Below, piece after piece: positions 12,863-26,347 of a DNA stretch of 64,000 nt; within the stretch, counting starts at the first letter, position 1, and each line of letters begins with the position of its first letter. The position numbers and the translations under genes are program-made. The stretch is from Saccostrea cucullata. Its lineage: Eukaryota. The stretch lies in NCBI RefSeq assembly GCF_032062105.1, contig NW_026924061.1, forward strand, positions 62,001-126,000. The letters run 5' to 3'. The notes under the pieces are model-generated. The model was not told the origin of the DNA and did not search any database. It saw only the letters and a list, made by a program, of their open reading frames with translations.

Positions 12863-13273
12863 CAGGGGAGGATCCAATCTTTACCATTACAGGGGAGGAT
12901 CTAATCTCTACCATTACAGGGGAGGATCTAATCTCTAGCATTACAGGGGAGGATCTAATCTCTACCATTACAGGGGAGGATCTAATCTCTAGCATTACAG
13001 GGGAGGATCCAATCTCTAGGATTACAGGGGAGGATCTAATCTCTAGGATTACAGGGGAGGATCTAATCTCTACCATTACAGGGGAGGATCTAATCTCTAG
13101 CATTACAGGGGAGGATCTAATCTCTAGCATTACAGGGGAGGATCTAATCTCTAGGATTACAGGGGAGGATCTAATCTCTAGGATTACAGGGGAGGATCTA
13201 ATCTCTACCATTACAGGGGAGGATCTAATCTCTAGCATTACAGGGGAGGATCCAATCTCTAGTATTACAGGGG
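12863..13273. repeat. 27-bp minisatellite, ~15 copies
   Basis: Unit ttacaggggaggatctaatctcta(cc/gc/gg)a. Confidence 0.95.
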
Positions 13274-13522
13274 ATCCGATTTTTACGCCCTCTTCACAAG
13301 TATGTATTCTTTATAGATTTTTTAGATTCATCAGTTTTCTTTAACTTTCCCCGTTTTCATTAATTTGTAGCATATACTATTACATTATATGATGTATACA
13401 TGTAATATTATATTAAAGAAATATTTTCTCAAGTATAAGGAACAAAAAAAGAAACTCAATTTATGCTATATATTAGGCATTTTTGTTCCTTACAAGTGGA
13501 ATTCTATCATATAGCCATGAAG

Positions 13523-14462
13523 TCATTTCTTGCAGACACAGCTACTGTCAGGAGTGAGGTTTGCGAAAGCACAGGTTCCTGTAAATTACACAAAACATCA
13601 ACGGGAATGTAATACTGGTATCGTTTTCTTAAGTAAAAAGGAAACTAGTAAAAATATTAACAAATACATCGAATGATATACTAGTATTACTGTATGTAAC
13701 TAAAAATGAGGCCACCTAGCCTTTCAATAAACATTTTCAGTAGTAAAAAAATTTTATGGGGATAAAGTTGGTTGGGAGAACTTCCAGTTTGGTAGGGTGA
13801 TACTTTGGTGTCTGCATTTTTATCAAAATGTTGAATAGGATGCATGGCATAGATAGCAAGAAATATTAAGGAATGGCAAAATCAATGTGAAAAAAAGAAA
13901 ACCAGACACTGAACTTGTCAGTAAAAATTTTAATATTTCAATGCCATGAGTATGAGCTAGGAAGAATGATCAGGTTGGGAATCTTATATAAGAATATTTT
14001 AAAATTGATAAATAAAAATTATATATATGAGCTAGGAAGAATGATCAGGTTGGGAATCTTATATAAGAATGTTTTAAAATTGATAAATAAAAATTATATA
14101 GTTCCTTGATTGTTGTTTTTAATTCACAACAAACAGTGTCCAAGGCTTGATCATTAACAGAAAGAAACAAGCTGTAAAAGTTTCATAGTGTATATAAGAT
14201 GGTATTTCAGATGCTCTTGTATTTTACAACTAAGTTTTTAAAAAAAACATAGACCTACAGCGAAGATCTATAAAAAAAATTACCGTTCAGTTGCATTTAA
14301 CTTTACATCCGGGACATTTGCAGCTGCAGATATTTCCCGCCAAAATAATATTGTCCAAAAATTTCATACAGACAAGGAACAATAACTCTAACTATCTTGA
14401 ACCAATTCAAAATATTTCATAATACATATATTTCTTGCTAGACAGTTTCATGGATCAGACAT
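13523..14462 (-). pseudogene. MT: Metallothionein pseudogene (subtype B)
   Basis: Exon 1 (14462-14435) ATG TCT GAT CCA TGA has a stop at codon 5 and donor GT>GA; exon 2 remnant (~14339-14284) has acceptor AG>GG, a ~60-nt deletion and a stop; exon 3 (13578-13523) is 24 nt short (TCAFANLTPDSSCVCKK). Confidence 0.9.
13951..14100. repeat. 75-bp tandem duplication
   Basis: tatgagctaggaagaatgatcagg...aaattatata occurs twice with one substitution. Confidence 0.9.
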
Positions 14463-14850
14463 CGTTCTCTATCACTGATGTATCCTGAAATTATAGAATA
14501 CAAATAAAAATTATACAATACAAATTTTAAAAAATCAAATACATATGGAAAATTTAGAATACAAATAAAAATTCTACAATGCAAGTGAAAAATTTTACAA
14601 TGCAAATGAAAAATTATGCAATACAAATGGAGAATTATACAATGTAAATAAGAATAGAAAAGATCGAACACATGCCATATAAATACACAGGAACACTCAA
14701 GTTTTAAAAAGAGAGTTAATTGTTCAAAGTTGTCCGCAGTAAGGTATGTATCCGGTACATGGTTAACTCATCCTATACAAAATATGGGTTCAAAATGTAT
14801 AGGGTCCACACAAATGGTGATTCGGGGAAGACTATAGACTGTATAGCATA

Positions 14851-15232
14851 NNNNNNNNNNNNNNNNNNNNNNNNNNNNNNNNNNNNNNNNNNNNNNNNNN
14901 NNNNNNNNNNNNNNNNNNNNNNNNNNNNNNNNNNNNNNNNNNNNNNNNNNNNNNNNNNNNNNNNNNNNNNNNNNNNNNNNNNNNNNNNNNNNNNNNNNNN
15001 NNNNNNNNNNNNNNNNNNNNNNNNNNNNNNNNNNNNNNNNNNNNNNNNNNNNNNNNNNNNNNNNNNNNNNNNNNNNNNNNNNNNNNNNNNNNNNNNNNNN
15101 NNNNNNNNNNNNNNNNNNNNNNNNNNNNNNNNNNNNNNNNNNNNNNNNNNNNNNNNNNNNNNNNNNNNNNNNNNNNNNNNNNNNNNNNNNNNNNNNNNNN
15201 NNNNNNNNNNNNNNNNNNNNNNNNNNNNNNNN
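14851..15232. other. Assembly gap (382 N)
   Basis: Run of N. Confidence 1.
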
Positions 15233-15900
15233 ACTAGAGTAAGATAGTTTTTGTAACAAGACATAATGTTCTTTCAGTATTCGTAAATATATTTATGTAA
15301 AATATTATTTTCAGTACGATATTGTGTACTGTGATTTCCTTTGATTTTTTTTTCTTCAGATTTTCCCTAGATTTCTCTTAAAGCTTTTGAGGCTTATTTA
15401 CATTTCTGACATTTAATTTGGTGATATTTAAAAAAAAAAACGGTTTTGAGCAAAATCTCAGACAATTCTAAATTTTAAAGAAATATAATTATTTGGAATC
15501 ACGGTTTGATGAGATAAAACCGTGGACACCGATTCTTACTACGGCTTAAAACTGCTAAAGAATTACCAGTTTATCTGTGCCCCCCTCGCATCCCTTTGCG
15601 GGGAATCGAGTTCGTATTCCCCCTAAGAATGTTAGATCCTATTAATTAAATTATTATACCTATTTCTGAAATTGACCCTATTAATTATTTCCTACCTTGT
15701 TTCACACATTGGATGTGATTGGTAAACTATAGGGGGATACTAACTCCTCCTAGGCACCTGATCCCACCTCTCTGATTTCCACAAGTCCGTGTTTTATACC
15801 CCCTTAACAGATTTGTATAATTGTTTATAGATTGTTGAGATTGCTCACTGTTTGTTAGCTTCCCTTTTTTATTATATCATACGCTATATAATATCATGTA

Positions 15901-16501
15901 AGGGGTGTTAAGAAAGTTCGTTCCTTGATGAAATATTTTCAAAAATTTCAAAGTATAGTGCTTAACTAAAGAGATGAATTTTCTAGTATGAAAAAAATCA
16001 CAAGACTGTGCTTTAGATTTATAGGAATTCATTTCAAGCAGGAAGCTATAGGATATTTCTTCCGAATGAATATATACATAACATCTTTAAAGCACCCGAA
16101 TGATAGAAATGCTAGTCATTTTGAGTAAAAATAAAGAATTGTTCTTGCATCACACAAGCTGGTGAGCGTAGATATAAGAACGATAGATCATTTTCAAAAG
16201 AATAGGTTTGTCATTTTCTCATTCTTCACCGACTTAATAATTTTTGTATAGTACTAGTATTTGAAAGGATGTTTTGACTAATAAATGTCACAAATATGCG
16301 TCACCCCTGATTTTTCTGCACAGACATCATCTGTTTTAATGTCTGCCCTCCCCCTATTGATTCAACAAAAGACAATGAAAACTTTATCAGTAGCCAGAAT
16401 GGACTCTATAAACATGAAATATAACACATTGTAAATATTTTCTCGTCATATTTTTTATCGAAAATAAAAGAAAAATGTGGAATGAACTTTCTTAACACCC
16501 T
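15901..16501. mobile_element. TA-flanked MITE (Tc1/mariner-type ends)
   Basis: TIRs ag(g)ggtgttaagaaagttc / gaactttcttaacaccct with TA on both sides; right part repeated at ~21557-21688. Confidence 0.7.
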
Positions 16502-16669
16502 TAATATAATAATATGATAATATTTTCTCGTCAAGTCTATACGTGTACTGTCGTAAAACAAAGTATAAGGAGCTTAAAGAAAAAAAAGTCAAGAAACACT
16601 TCATCTATGGTAAAATATGCATTTATTATATAGTTCTTTATAATTGAATTCTGTCACATGGCCAGGCAG

Positions 16670-18072
16670 TCATGTTTTGCAGACACAGCTACTGTCAGTA
16701 CATTTACAGGACTGGGGTCCAATGCATCCCTTTGCGCAAGCACAGATTCCTGTAAATAAAAAAAATGCTAGACATGAAATATCCTGCATGTTTATAGTGA
16801 AAGGTGCAGCCAAAAAAAATTAAAGCTTAACACCCCCACTCCAAAGAAAAAACTTTGAATTTAAAAAAAACAATGTAAAAGAAAACTATCCAGAATTCAA
16901 AATCCTAATCCTAGTAATCCTGAGTGGGAGGGGGTGTTATTAACAATAAAATCCTATATATAAATATGTTTCTACATTATGGAGAGAAAAATTAATAGAC
17001 GTAATAACGCCAAAATGGCGTAATAACGCGAAAAAAGCATCATTACGTCTTTTCAAAAGACGATAAAATTCATCAAAATGCATTTTTTACGCTTTTTGGA
17101 AAGGCCTTGGCAGGCCCGTTCATTTGAAGTTACTGAGGAGTGAGGGGTCCGAAAAAATTGACAAGCAAGCAAAAAGCAGACAGGCTATTCTCTCCTTACT
17201 TGGCCTTTCCAAAAGGCGTTGTTATGCCTTATAATTTTTTTTCTCTGTAAATTGATTCTAATAGGCTTTAGTTCCAACCAGACTTTCAATAAACACTTCG
17301 CGTTTCAAGAGGAAAAAGTTATGCTCGGAAAAAGTGGCGTAAGGGGCTTCCCCCTCCCTAGTACTTCGTGCCTGCATTTTTATCTAATTGTTGAATATGA
17401 TCTAAGTGATTCTCAATCAGCAAGAAATATTTAGTAAATAAAAATGAGAAGGAAAAAATAATAGCGACAAAACTATGTTTGGCATAATCAATGTAAATAA
17501 AAGAAAACACACCCCCTACAAACAATATTATTTTGTTTTTAATGTTTTGGTTTTTTAATGTTATGTATACCAAAAGAACACATGATCTGAGTCTCCTAGA
17601 AAATATTTGGAAGGCACTTATCATAATTGTTTGTGGGTTTGTTTGTTTCAAAAAATTTGAAATACTACCCCTGCCAAAATTTGAATAATCTTTTCAACTA
17701 GAAGAAAACACTTATATGTCTGATAGAGAAATAGAGGTAGTAGTACAAAGCAGTAGGTATTTTAGATGAATATTCATTTTTCCAAAGTGTATGAAAATAT
17801 CCCCCTACCATTACAGTTGCAATTCACTTTACATCCGGGACATTTACAGCTGGATCCACATTTACACCCGCCCCCACATTTACAGCCACTTGATGGACAC
17901 GGGTCTGCGCACAGACATTTGCTGGCTGAAAGAAAATTTAAATCAATTCATTTCATGCGGACAAGGATCGATAACTCTAACAGCATTGAACCAATTAAAT
18001 GGGGCAAAATACATGTAGAACCAATTCAAAATAGAGTAACTTACTTGCTAGACAGTCGCATGGATCAGACAT
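16670..18072 (-). CDS. MT: Metallothionein MT-b (subtype B), 74 aa, intact ORF but promoter deleted
   Basis: Exons 18072-18045, 17925-17809, 16749-16670; MSDPCDCLATSKCLCADPCPSSGCKCGGGCKCGSSCKCPGCKVNCNCNGICACAKGCIGPQSCKCTDSSCVCKT. Confidence 0.9.
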
Positions 18073-18731
18073 TTTTGTTTATTTATGATGTTTTCTGGAA
18101 AAGTTATTTAAGTGCCTGAAGACATTGTAAAACAAACAAGTATACTGTTATACATGTATGTGCATTCATGTGGTAAAATACAACTGCAATATTTCATATA
18201 TACATGTAAAGGCTTATATGTATTTATGCCAAAAGTTTGCATGCAGGGATACAATGTACAAGCATTTTTTATACAGTGTTTTTAAAGTGTTTCTTCAGAC
18301 CTGTTAGGCTCAAGATATTGTATTTATGATTTCTAATTTAGAAAAAGAAAATCAAAATTCATACTTGTTCTGGTCATAGATATCATAAACAATGAATAAT
18401 TGAATAAATTACTTGCGGAAAATCACTCTACATTGCATTTTTATACATTTGTACTAGTTTGTTAGAAAATAGTACCAAATGCATACACAACTGCCCTTAA
18501 AGTGATATTTACAATATATATATTTTTTTTAACCAACACGTACTTCATACTTAATCACATTTAAATTTATATGTTGGAGTGGGGAGTCATAATTATTTGG
18601 GGGATTCTGTGAGCTACATGACCACCATTCCCTTCAAGAAAAACAAATAAATAAAGAAACCCTCCATTTACGATATATTATGCAATTATTATTTTGTTCT
18701 TCACATAGAATTCTCTCAAGTGACCAGGGAG

Positions 18732-19522
18732 TCATTTCTTGCAGGCACAGCTATTTTCGGTATATTTACAGGACTATGGTCCGGTGCATCCCTTTGTGCA
18801 AGCGCTGGTGCCTGTAAATTTAAATTTTAAAAAATATATATATTGATTGATGAGGATGTCTTGAAGTATTTAACAAGAAGACATATACATTATATTATTA
18901 TATTTACATTCATTGTATACATGTATATTCAAATAAATGCAATGCAACACAATACAACGACACCAGCCTCACCACACGCCTTCCCCAGGAATTTTTAGTT
19001 CTCTGTAATGCATTTCTGCAAAAAAAGCTAGAAATTTTGGCTTTCCTCTCTTAAAAAATGCTAGGCAATGATTTTTGTTTGTGCGTTTGTTTGCTTTTGA
19101 AATTTCAACTGTAAAATTGACATCCCCTAAATTTGATCAGGGTGTGTATCTCAGACTTTAATTGAGAACTTGAGGTACTGTGTGTTTTGTTGCCCCCCCC
19201 CTTTTGTAATACAGGGTGTTGTCTGAGGAAGAGAAAATTATTTTTTTTAAATACAATGATATTAATGAGAAAAATAATTAATTTCCTACTCATTTTTTTC
19301 ATCATACAAACAGTATTGTAAATCCCCTCCAGTTCTAAGTAAATAGAAAATAAGAACTTAAAAAGTGTATATTAATTATTCCTTGTACAAAGAAGCGCTA
19401 AGTATTTTCTCACAACTATATATAGAATAAAATATGAATACACACACATGTATAGAAACGTTATACAAATTTTCAGAATCGTGTGCAAAAATTGATAAGT
19501 TGTATATACAGTACCGTGTGCA
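18732..19522 (-). pseudogene. MT: MT relic unit 1: last exon plus promoter, coding exons 1-2 absent
   Basis: Exon-3 homolog 18811-18732 with internal TAG and two Cys losses; MREs at 19481-19487 and 19516-19522. Confidence 0.85.
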
Positions 19523-20500
19523 AAATGTATAGGTTCAAAAATAGAATGTAAACATTTACGTAGAAATATAAATATCTTACTGTGATCTTGGCAAATGGCC
19601 ATACATACAATCTAATGTATATACATGTACAGTTTATATATATATCATTGTGTGCTTTTAGTTTTATTGTTCGGACTTAATGCAAAATATGAATGATGAA
19701 CTGGTGTTTGATTTAAGCATGTTTTATTGAAACATAATCAATGGAATTTTTGAAAGTTTATTAATCTTAAATTGTCCTATGTAACACAAACAAATGACAA
19801 AAACATATACATGTACTTTACCGTGCGTCGATTGTGTTATATTATTATTATTCCATGCATCAATTTATTTTATTCTCTGCTTGCGAAGAGTCATTGTTTC
19901 CCCGGAGGGGGTAAACACTCTGAAAATCCCGGAGCAGACCCCCCCCCCCCCCCGCACACACACACACACATCGGCTTCCCCTTCGAAATATGTATGCTCC
20001 CTGTGTCTCTTTGCGGGGGAGGGAATTCACTTTGCTTATTAAGTATTTTACAACATTCGGACTCCCTCTCCAAGCATGCATTATCCATTTAAATTAAATC
20101 TAAATCTTTCATCCGCTCCAATCCCGTGTATAATAAGTCTTGTTGATGTCAATATCAAATACTAGTAATTGATTGTGCGACATCCCTCTACATTTTATAC
20201 AACTGCACTAGTTTACTAGTAAATAAATGCATGCATCACAACCCATCAAAGTGAGAGACTGAGAGCTACAATGTTTATATCAATTTAATTTCACATACAA
20301 GCACTTCATATTTATTCACATTTAAATTTATATGTAGGATTGGGGATTCATAATTATTTTTGGGGATTTTTGGAGCTACATGGCCAGCATTCCCTACAAG
20401 ATAAACAAATAAATAAACAAAACCCATTTATGATACGAGTATAAATTATGCATTTCTTGTTTTGATCTTTACAATGGAATTCTGTCACTGGACCAAACAG

Positions 20501-21266
20501 TCATTTTTTGCAGACACAGCTACTGTCGGTACATGTACAGGACTGTGGTCCGATGCAACCTATTGCGCAAGCGCATGTGCCTGTAAATTCAACAACAACA
20601 AAAAATAAAATATTTTTACTGAGTGATTAGGGTATCTTAAAGTATTTAACAAGAAGACATATACATTATATATATGCATTCATTGTATAAAAACTAGTGT
20701 AGGCAATCAAATAAATGCAATGTGACACAACGCAACAACGCCAGACACAGCACGCCCCTTCCCCAGCAATTTTTATTACTCTAATTATCATTTGTGCCAT
20801 AAAGCTTGAATTTTTGGGTTTCCTGAAAAAAAAATGCTAGTCAATGATTTTTGTTTGTGCTTTTGTTTGGTTTTAACATTTCAACTGTAAAAATACAAAC
20901 CCCCTCCCCCCAAATTTGAACAGGGTGTGTCTCCCAGACCTCCATTAATTGAGAACTTGATGCACTGTAAGTTTTGCTGTCCCCTCCTTTTGTATTACAG
21001 GGTATTGTCTGAAGAGGAGAAAATGATTTATTTTTTTAACACACTGATAATAATGAAAGAAAAATTATTTTCTCCTCATTTTTTCATCATACAAACAGTA
21101 TCGTAAATCCCCTCTGCTTCTAAGTATAGTAAATTAAACTTAAAAGTGTATGATTATTCCTTGTACAAAGAAGCGCTAAGGATTTTCTCACCACTCGAAT
21201 ATATAGAATATAATATGAATATACACATGTATAGAAACGTTACACAAATTTTCAGAATCGTGTGCA
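20501..21266 (-). pseudogene. MT: MT relic unit 2: intact last exon plus truncated promoter
   Basis: Exon 20580-20501 GTCACAIGCIGPQSCTCTDSSCVCKK* with intact acceptor; one MRE at 21260-21266. Confidence 0.85.
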
Positions 21267-21854
21267 AAATTGATAAGTTGTGTATATGAACAAAATGCAT
21301 TTAGAGTCAATTGAATAACATAATTTCTAAAGATCATGCTAGTTTACTTCGGGGAAAGAAAGAATAATCCACAGATCTGCTATTAGCATAACAGCTTACA
21401 TATATAACAATGTCACTTAAACACGATTTATTGTTATTGGAATATACCTGAAATTGGACTATTATTTGTTTCCTGATACAGAACAGTTAAACATGATTTT
21501 TTGGTATTTTTCTACACCTCAAAAACTGATAAATACAAAAACAATCCTGTATTTTCGCACCCGAATGATAGAAATGCTCCAGTAGCAAGAATGAGCTCTA
21601 TACACATGAAATACCACAAATTGTAAATATCTTATATTTTTCTTCGAAAATAAAAGAAAAATGTGGGATGAACTTTCTTAACACCCTTTATATAATAATA
21701 TGATAATATTTTCTCGTCAAGTCTATACGTGTATTGTCGTAAAAAAGTATAAGGAGCTTAAAGAAAAAAAAAATAAAGAAACACTCCATCTATGGTAAAA
21801 TATGCATTTATTATACAGTTCTTTATAATTGAATTCTGTCACGTGGCCAGGCAG

Positions 21855-23259
21855 TCATGTTTTGCAGACACAGCTACTGTCAGTGCATTTACAGGACTGG
21901 GGTCCAATGCATCCCTTTGCACATGCACAGATTCCTGTAAATAAAAATTGCTAGACATGAAATATCGTGTTTTAAGTGAAAGGTGCAGCCAAAAAAAATT
22001 AAAGCTTAACATCCCCTCCCAAAGAAAAAACTTTGAACTTTATAAAAAAAAAACATTGAAAAGGAAAACTATCCAGAATTCAAAATCCTAATCCTAGTAA
22101 TCCTGAGTGAGGCAGGGGGAGGGGGTGTTATTAACAATAAAATCCTATAAATATGTTTCTGCGTTATGGAGAGAAATATTAATAGACGTAAGAACGCCTT
22201 TTGAAAAAGGCGTAATAACACCAAAATGGCGTAATAACGCGAAAAAAAGCATCATTACCTCTTTTCAAAAAGCGATAAAATTCATTAAAATGCATTTTTT
22301 GCGCTTTTTGGAAAGGCCTTGGCAGGCCCGTTCATTTGAAGTTACTGATGGGGGAGGGGTCCCAAAAAATTGACAAGCAAGCAAAAAGCTATTCACTCCT
22401 TACTACGCCTTTCCAAAAGGCGTTATTATGCCTTATAATTTTTTTCTCCGTAGATTGATTCTAATAGGCTTTAGTTCCAACCAAACTTTCAATAAACACT
22501 TCGCGTTTCAAGAGGAAAAAGTTATGCTCGGAAAAAGTGGCGTAAGCCCCCCCCCCCCAGTACTTCGTGCCTGCATTTTAATCTAATCGTTAAATATGAT
22601 CTAAGTGATTCTCACTCAGCAAGAAATATTCAGTTAATAAAAATGCGAAGGAAAAAATAATAGCGACAAAAATATGTTTTGAATAATTAATGTAAAGAAA
22701 ACACACACCCTACAAACAATATTATTTTGTTTTTAATGTTTTGGTTTTTTTAATGTTATGTACCAACAAGAACACATGATCTGAGTCTCCTAGAAAATAT
22801 TCGGTAGGTACTTATCATAATTGTTTGTGGGTTTGTTTGTTTCAAAAAATTTGGAGAACTATCCCTGCCAAAATTTGAATAATCTTTTCAACTAGAAGAA
22901 AACACATAGGTCTGATAGAGAAATAGAGGTAGTAGTACCATGCAGTAGGTATTTTAAATGAATATTCATTTTTCCAAAGTGTATGAAAATATCAACCTAC
23001 CATTACAGTTGCAATTCACTTTACATCCGGGACATTTACAGCTGGATCCACATTTACATCCGCCCCCACATTTACAGCCACTTGATGGACACGAGTCTGC
23101 GCACATACATTTGCTGGCTGAAAGAAAATTTTAAATCAATTCATTTCATACGGACAAGGATCGACAACTCTAACAGCATTGAACCAATTAAATGGGGCAA
23201 AATAGAACCAATTCAAAATAGAGTAACTTACTTGCTAGACAGTCGCATGGATCAGACAT
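21855..23259 (-). CDS. MT: Metallothionein MT-c (subtype B), 74 aa
   Basis: Exons 23259-23232, 23117-23001, 21934-21855; MSDPCDCLATSKCMCADSCPSSGCKCGGGCKCGSSCKCPGCKVNCNCNGICACAKGCIGPQSCKCTDSSCVCKT; non-coding exon donor 23460. Confidence 0.95.
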
Positions 23260-23548
23260 TTTTGTTTATTTATGATGTTTTCTGGAAAAGAGAATAAAAC
23301 TTTTTCACAAAAAAGAAAAACTTTCTAATTTTTGACAAATTTAATTTTGACTATAATTAATTTTTTTTTCAAAATCGCCAAAGAATTCTATTATTTTGTT
23401 TCTTTTTTTTTCTTTATTTTTTTTTAAACTTATTTATTTATTTATACGATATACACATACCTTCTTAATATGAATTGCTAAAATTCCTTGCACAGAAGGC
23501 CTTGTTAAAACGTAGATTGAATAAAGAATACACGAAGCACAAGCCCAC

Positions 23549-23843
23549 TTTATACATTACACATTTGGTATCGTGTGCAAGCCATTAAAGTCACGAGATG
23601 TATACATATACTAAGTAGCGTGTGCAAAAAATGTATAGGGTTCAATTATAATGGGATTCAAAATAAACAAAGCATAAGCGCACTTTATACATTATAGATT
23701 TAGTATCGTGTGCAAACCATCATGAGATGTATATTGAGTAGCGTGTGCAAGAAATGTATAGGGTTCAATTATATCAGAGTAGGGGATTTAAAATATCGCT
23801 TGAGATACCAGTATACAATTGATTGTATATTTAATTTGCACAC
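23549..23843 (-). promoter_or_regulatory. MT-c promoter with duplicated TATA+MRE cassette
   Basis: TATAAA at 23549-23554 and 23684-23689; TGCACAC at 23573, 23620, 23708, 23743 and on the opposite strand at 23837. Confidence 0.85.
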
Positions 23844-24213
23844 GGCACTATAGGTATACAATGTGTAAATTCCAACTGATGATTATTCATAGCGAGAATA
23901 CGGCAGTTATTTAAGTGCCTGAAGACATTGTAAAATAAACAAGTATACCGCTGTACATGTACGTGCATTCATGCGGTAAAATACAACTGCAATATTTCTT
24001 ATATACATGTGTAGGTTTATATGTATTTATGCTGAAAGTTTGCATGCAGGGATAAAATGTACAGGGGGAGTCATAATTATTTGGGGGATAATGTGAGCTA
24101 CATGACCATTATTCCTCTCAAGAAAAACAAATTAAAAAACCCTCCATTTACGATTATATTATGCAATTATTATTTTATTCTTAACAGTGGAATTCTCTTA
24201 TGTGACCAGGGAG

Positions 24214-25004
24214 TCATTTCTTGCAGACACAGCTACTGTCGTTGCATTTACAAGATTGTGGTCCGGTACATCCCTTTGCGTAAGCGCAAGTTCCTGTAAA
24301 TTTGAATTAAAAAAAAATATATTGATTGATGAGGATGTCTTGAAGTATTTAACAAGAAGGCATATACATTATATTATTATATTTGTATTCTTTGTATACA
24401 TGTATATTCGAATAAATGCAATGCAACAAAACACAACGACACCACCCTCACCAAACGCCTTCCTCAGGAATTTTTAGTTCTCTATAATGCATTTGTGCAA
24501 AAAAAAAAGCTAGAAATTTTGGCTTTCCTGGGAAAAAAATGCTAGGCAATGATTTTTGTTTGTGCATTTGTTTGCTTTAAAAATTTCAACTGTGAAAATG
24601 ACACCCCCTAAAATTTGATCAGGGTGTGTATCTCAGACTTTAATTGAGAACTTGAGGTACTGTGTGTTTTGTTGCCCCCCCCCCCCTCTTTTGTATTACA
24701 GGGTGTTGTCTGAAGAAGAGAAAATGATTTTTTTTAAAATATGATAACAATGAGAAAAATTATTAATTTTCTCCTCATTTTTTTAATCATACAAACAGTA
24801 TTGTAAATCCCCTCTGCTTCTAAGTAAATAGTAAATTAGAACTTTAAAAGTGTATATTAATTATTCCTTGTACAAAGAAGCGCTAAGGATTTTCTCACCA
24901 CTATATATAGAATAAAATATGAATATACATATGTATAGAAACGTTATACAAGTTTTCAGAATCGTGTGCGAAATTGATAAGTTGTATATACAGTACCGTG
25001 TGCA
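24214..25004 (-). pseudogene. MT: MT relic unit 3: last exon plus promoter
   Basis: Exon 24293-24214 GTCAYAKGCTGPQSCKCNDSSCVCKK* (one Cys>Tyr); proximal MRE mutated (CGCACAC, 24964), distal intact at 24998-25004. Confidence 0.85.
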
Positions 25005-26347
25005 AAATGTATAGGGTCAAAAATAGAGTGTAAACAATTACGTAGAAGCATATCTTACTGTGTTCTTGGCAAATGTCCATATATATATACATGTAATCTA
25101 ATGTATATACATGTACAGTTTATATATATCATTGTGTACTTCTAGTTTGAATGTTCGGACTTAATGCAAAATATAAATGATGAACTGGTGTTTGATTTAA
25201 GCATGTTTTATTGAAACATAATCAATAGGATTGTTGAAAGCTATTCCATCTTAAATTGTCATCTCCGACACAAACAAATGACAAAAAACATACAAATAAA
25301 CGTGTTATGAGGGTGTAAAATATACTTTACCGTGCGTCAATTGTGTTATATTATTATTATTCCATGCATCAATTTATATTATTCTCTCTCTCGATCGATC
25401 GATGGAATTAATTATAGGAAAAGAGTACCGCTGTGCTGCATGCTTTCAATTATAAGAGATTTCACGGTTTTTCAAGAGTCCGTTTAATTATATTTTTTAA
25501 TTTTCCCCGAAGATATTTCACTATGATTTCCTGTGATAAATTCTTATCTTCAGTACATGTAGCACTAGACTTCTAGTATAGCTCTGCACCCTCCTCTTGC
25601 GCGGATCCAGGAACTTTTTCAATGAAGGGGCGTGTATTAAACACCCACTTAAAAAACAAAACTCAGGAATTATTTAAAATTTCACAAACAGAAAAATCTT
25701 TCTCAAAGGCAAAAAAAACTTTTTGGTGTGAAGTCGTTTTTCTTTGATTTTTCTGACTTTTCTAATAACCTTACGAAGAGGGGGTAACCACTTTAAAAAT
25801 CCCGGGGGCAGACGCCCCCCCCCCTCGGCTTCCCCTTCGAAATATGCATACGCCCCGTGTCTCTTTGCGGGGGAGGGAATTCACTTTGCTTATTAAGTCT
25901 TCCACAATATTCGGACTCCTTCCCCAAGCATGTTTTATCCATTTAAATTAAATCAAAGTCTTTGATCTGCTCCAACCCCGCGTATAATAAGTCCATGCTG
26001 TTGATGTCAATATTAAATAGGGGCCTAATTAACTGTGCGACATATCCCTTTACATTTTTTATACAACTGTACTAGTTTACTAGTAAATAAATGCATGCAT
26101 TACAACCCATCAAAGTGAAGGACTGAGAGCTACAATGTTTATATTATTTTAATTTCACATACAAGTACTTCATATTTATTCACATTTAAATTTATATGTA
26201 GGAATAGGGATTCATAAGTATTTGGGGGATTTTCGGAGCTACATGACCTGCATTCCCTACAAGATAAACAAATAAATAAACAAAACCCATTTACGATACT
26301 AGTATAAATTATGCATTTATTGTTTTGATCTTTACAATGGAATTCTG

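Noticed and set aside
12813-13273. 141-aa repetitive ORF and CRISPR-like regular repeat
   Set aside because: Head-to-tail 27-bp minisatellite with no unique spacers; the ORF arises because 27 is a multiple of 3; the context is eukaryotic.
14720-15264. ORFs of 163-175 aa
   Set aside because: They read through the N gap.
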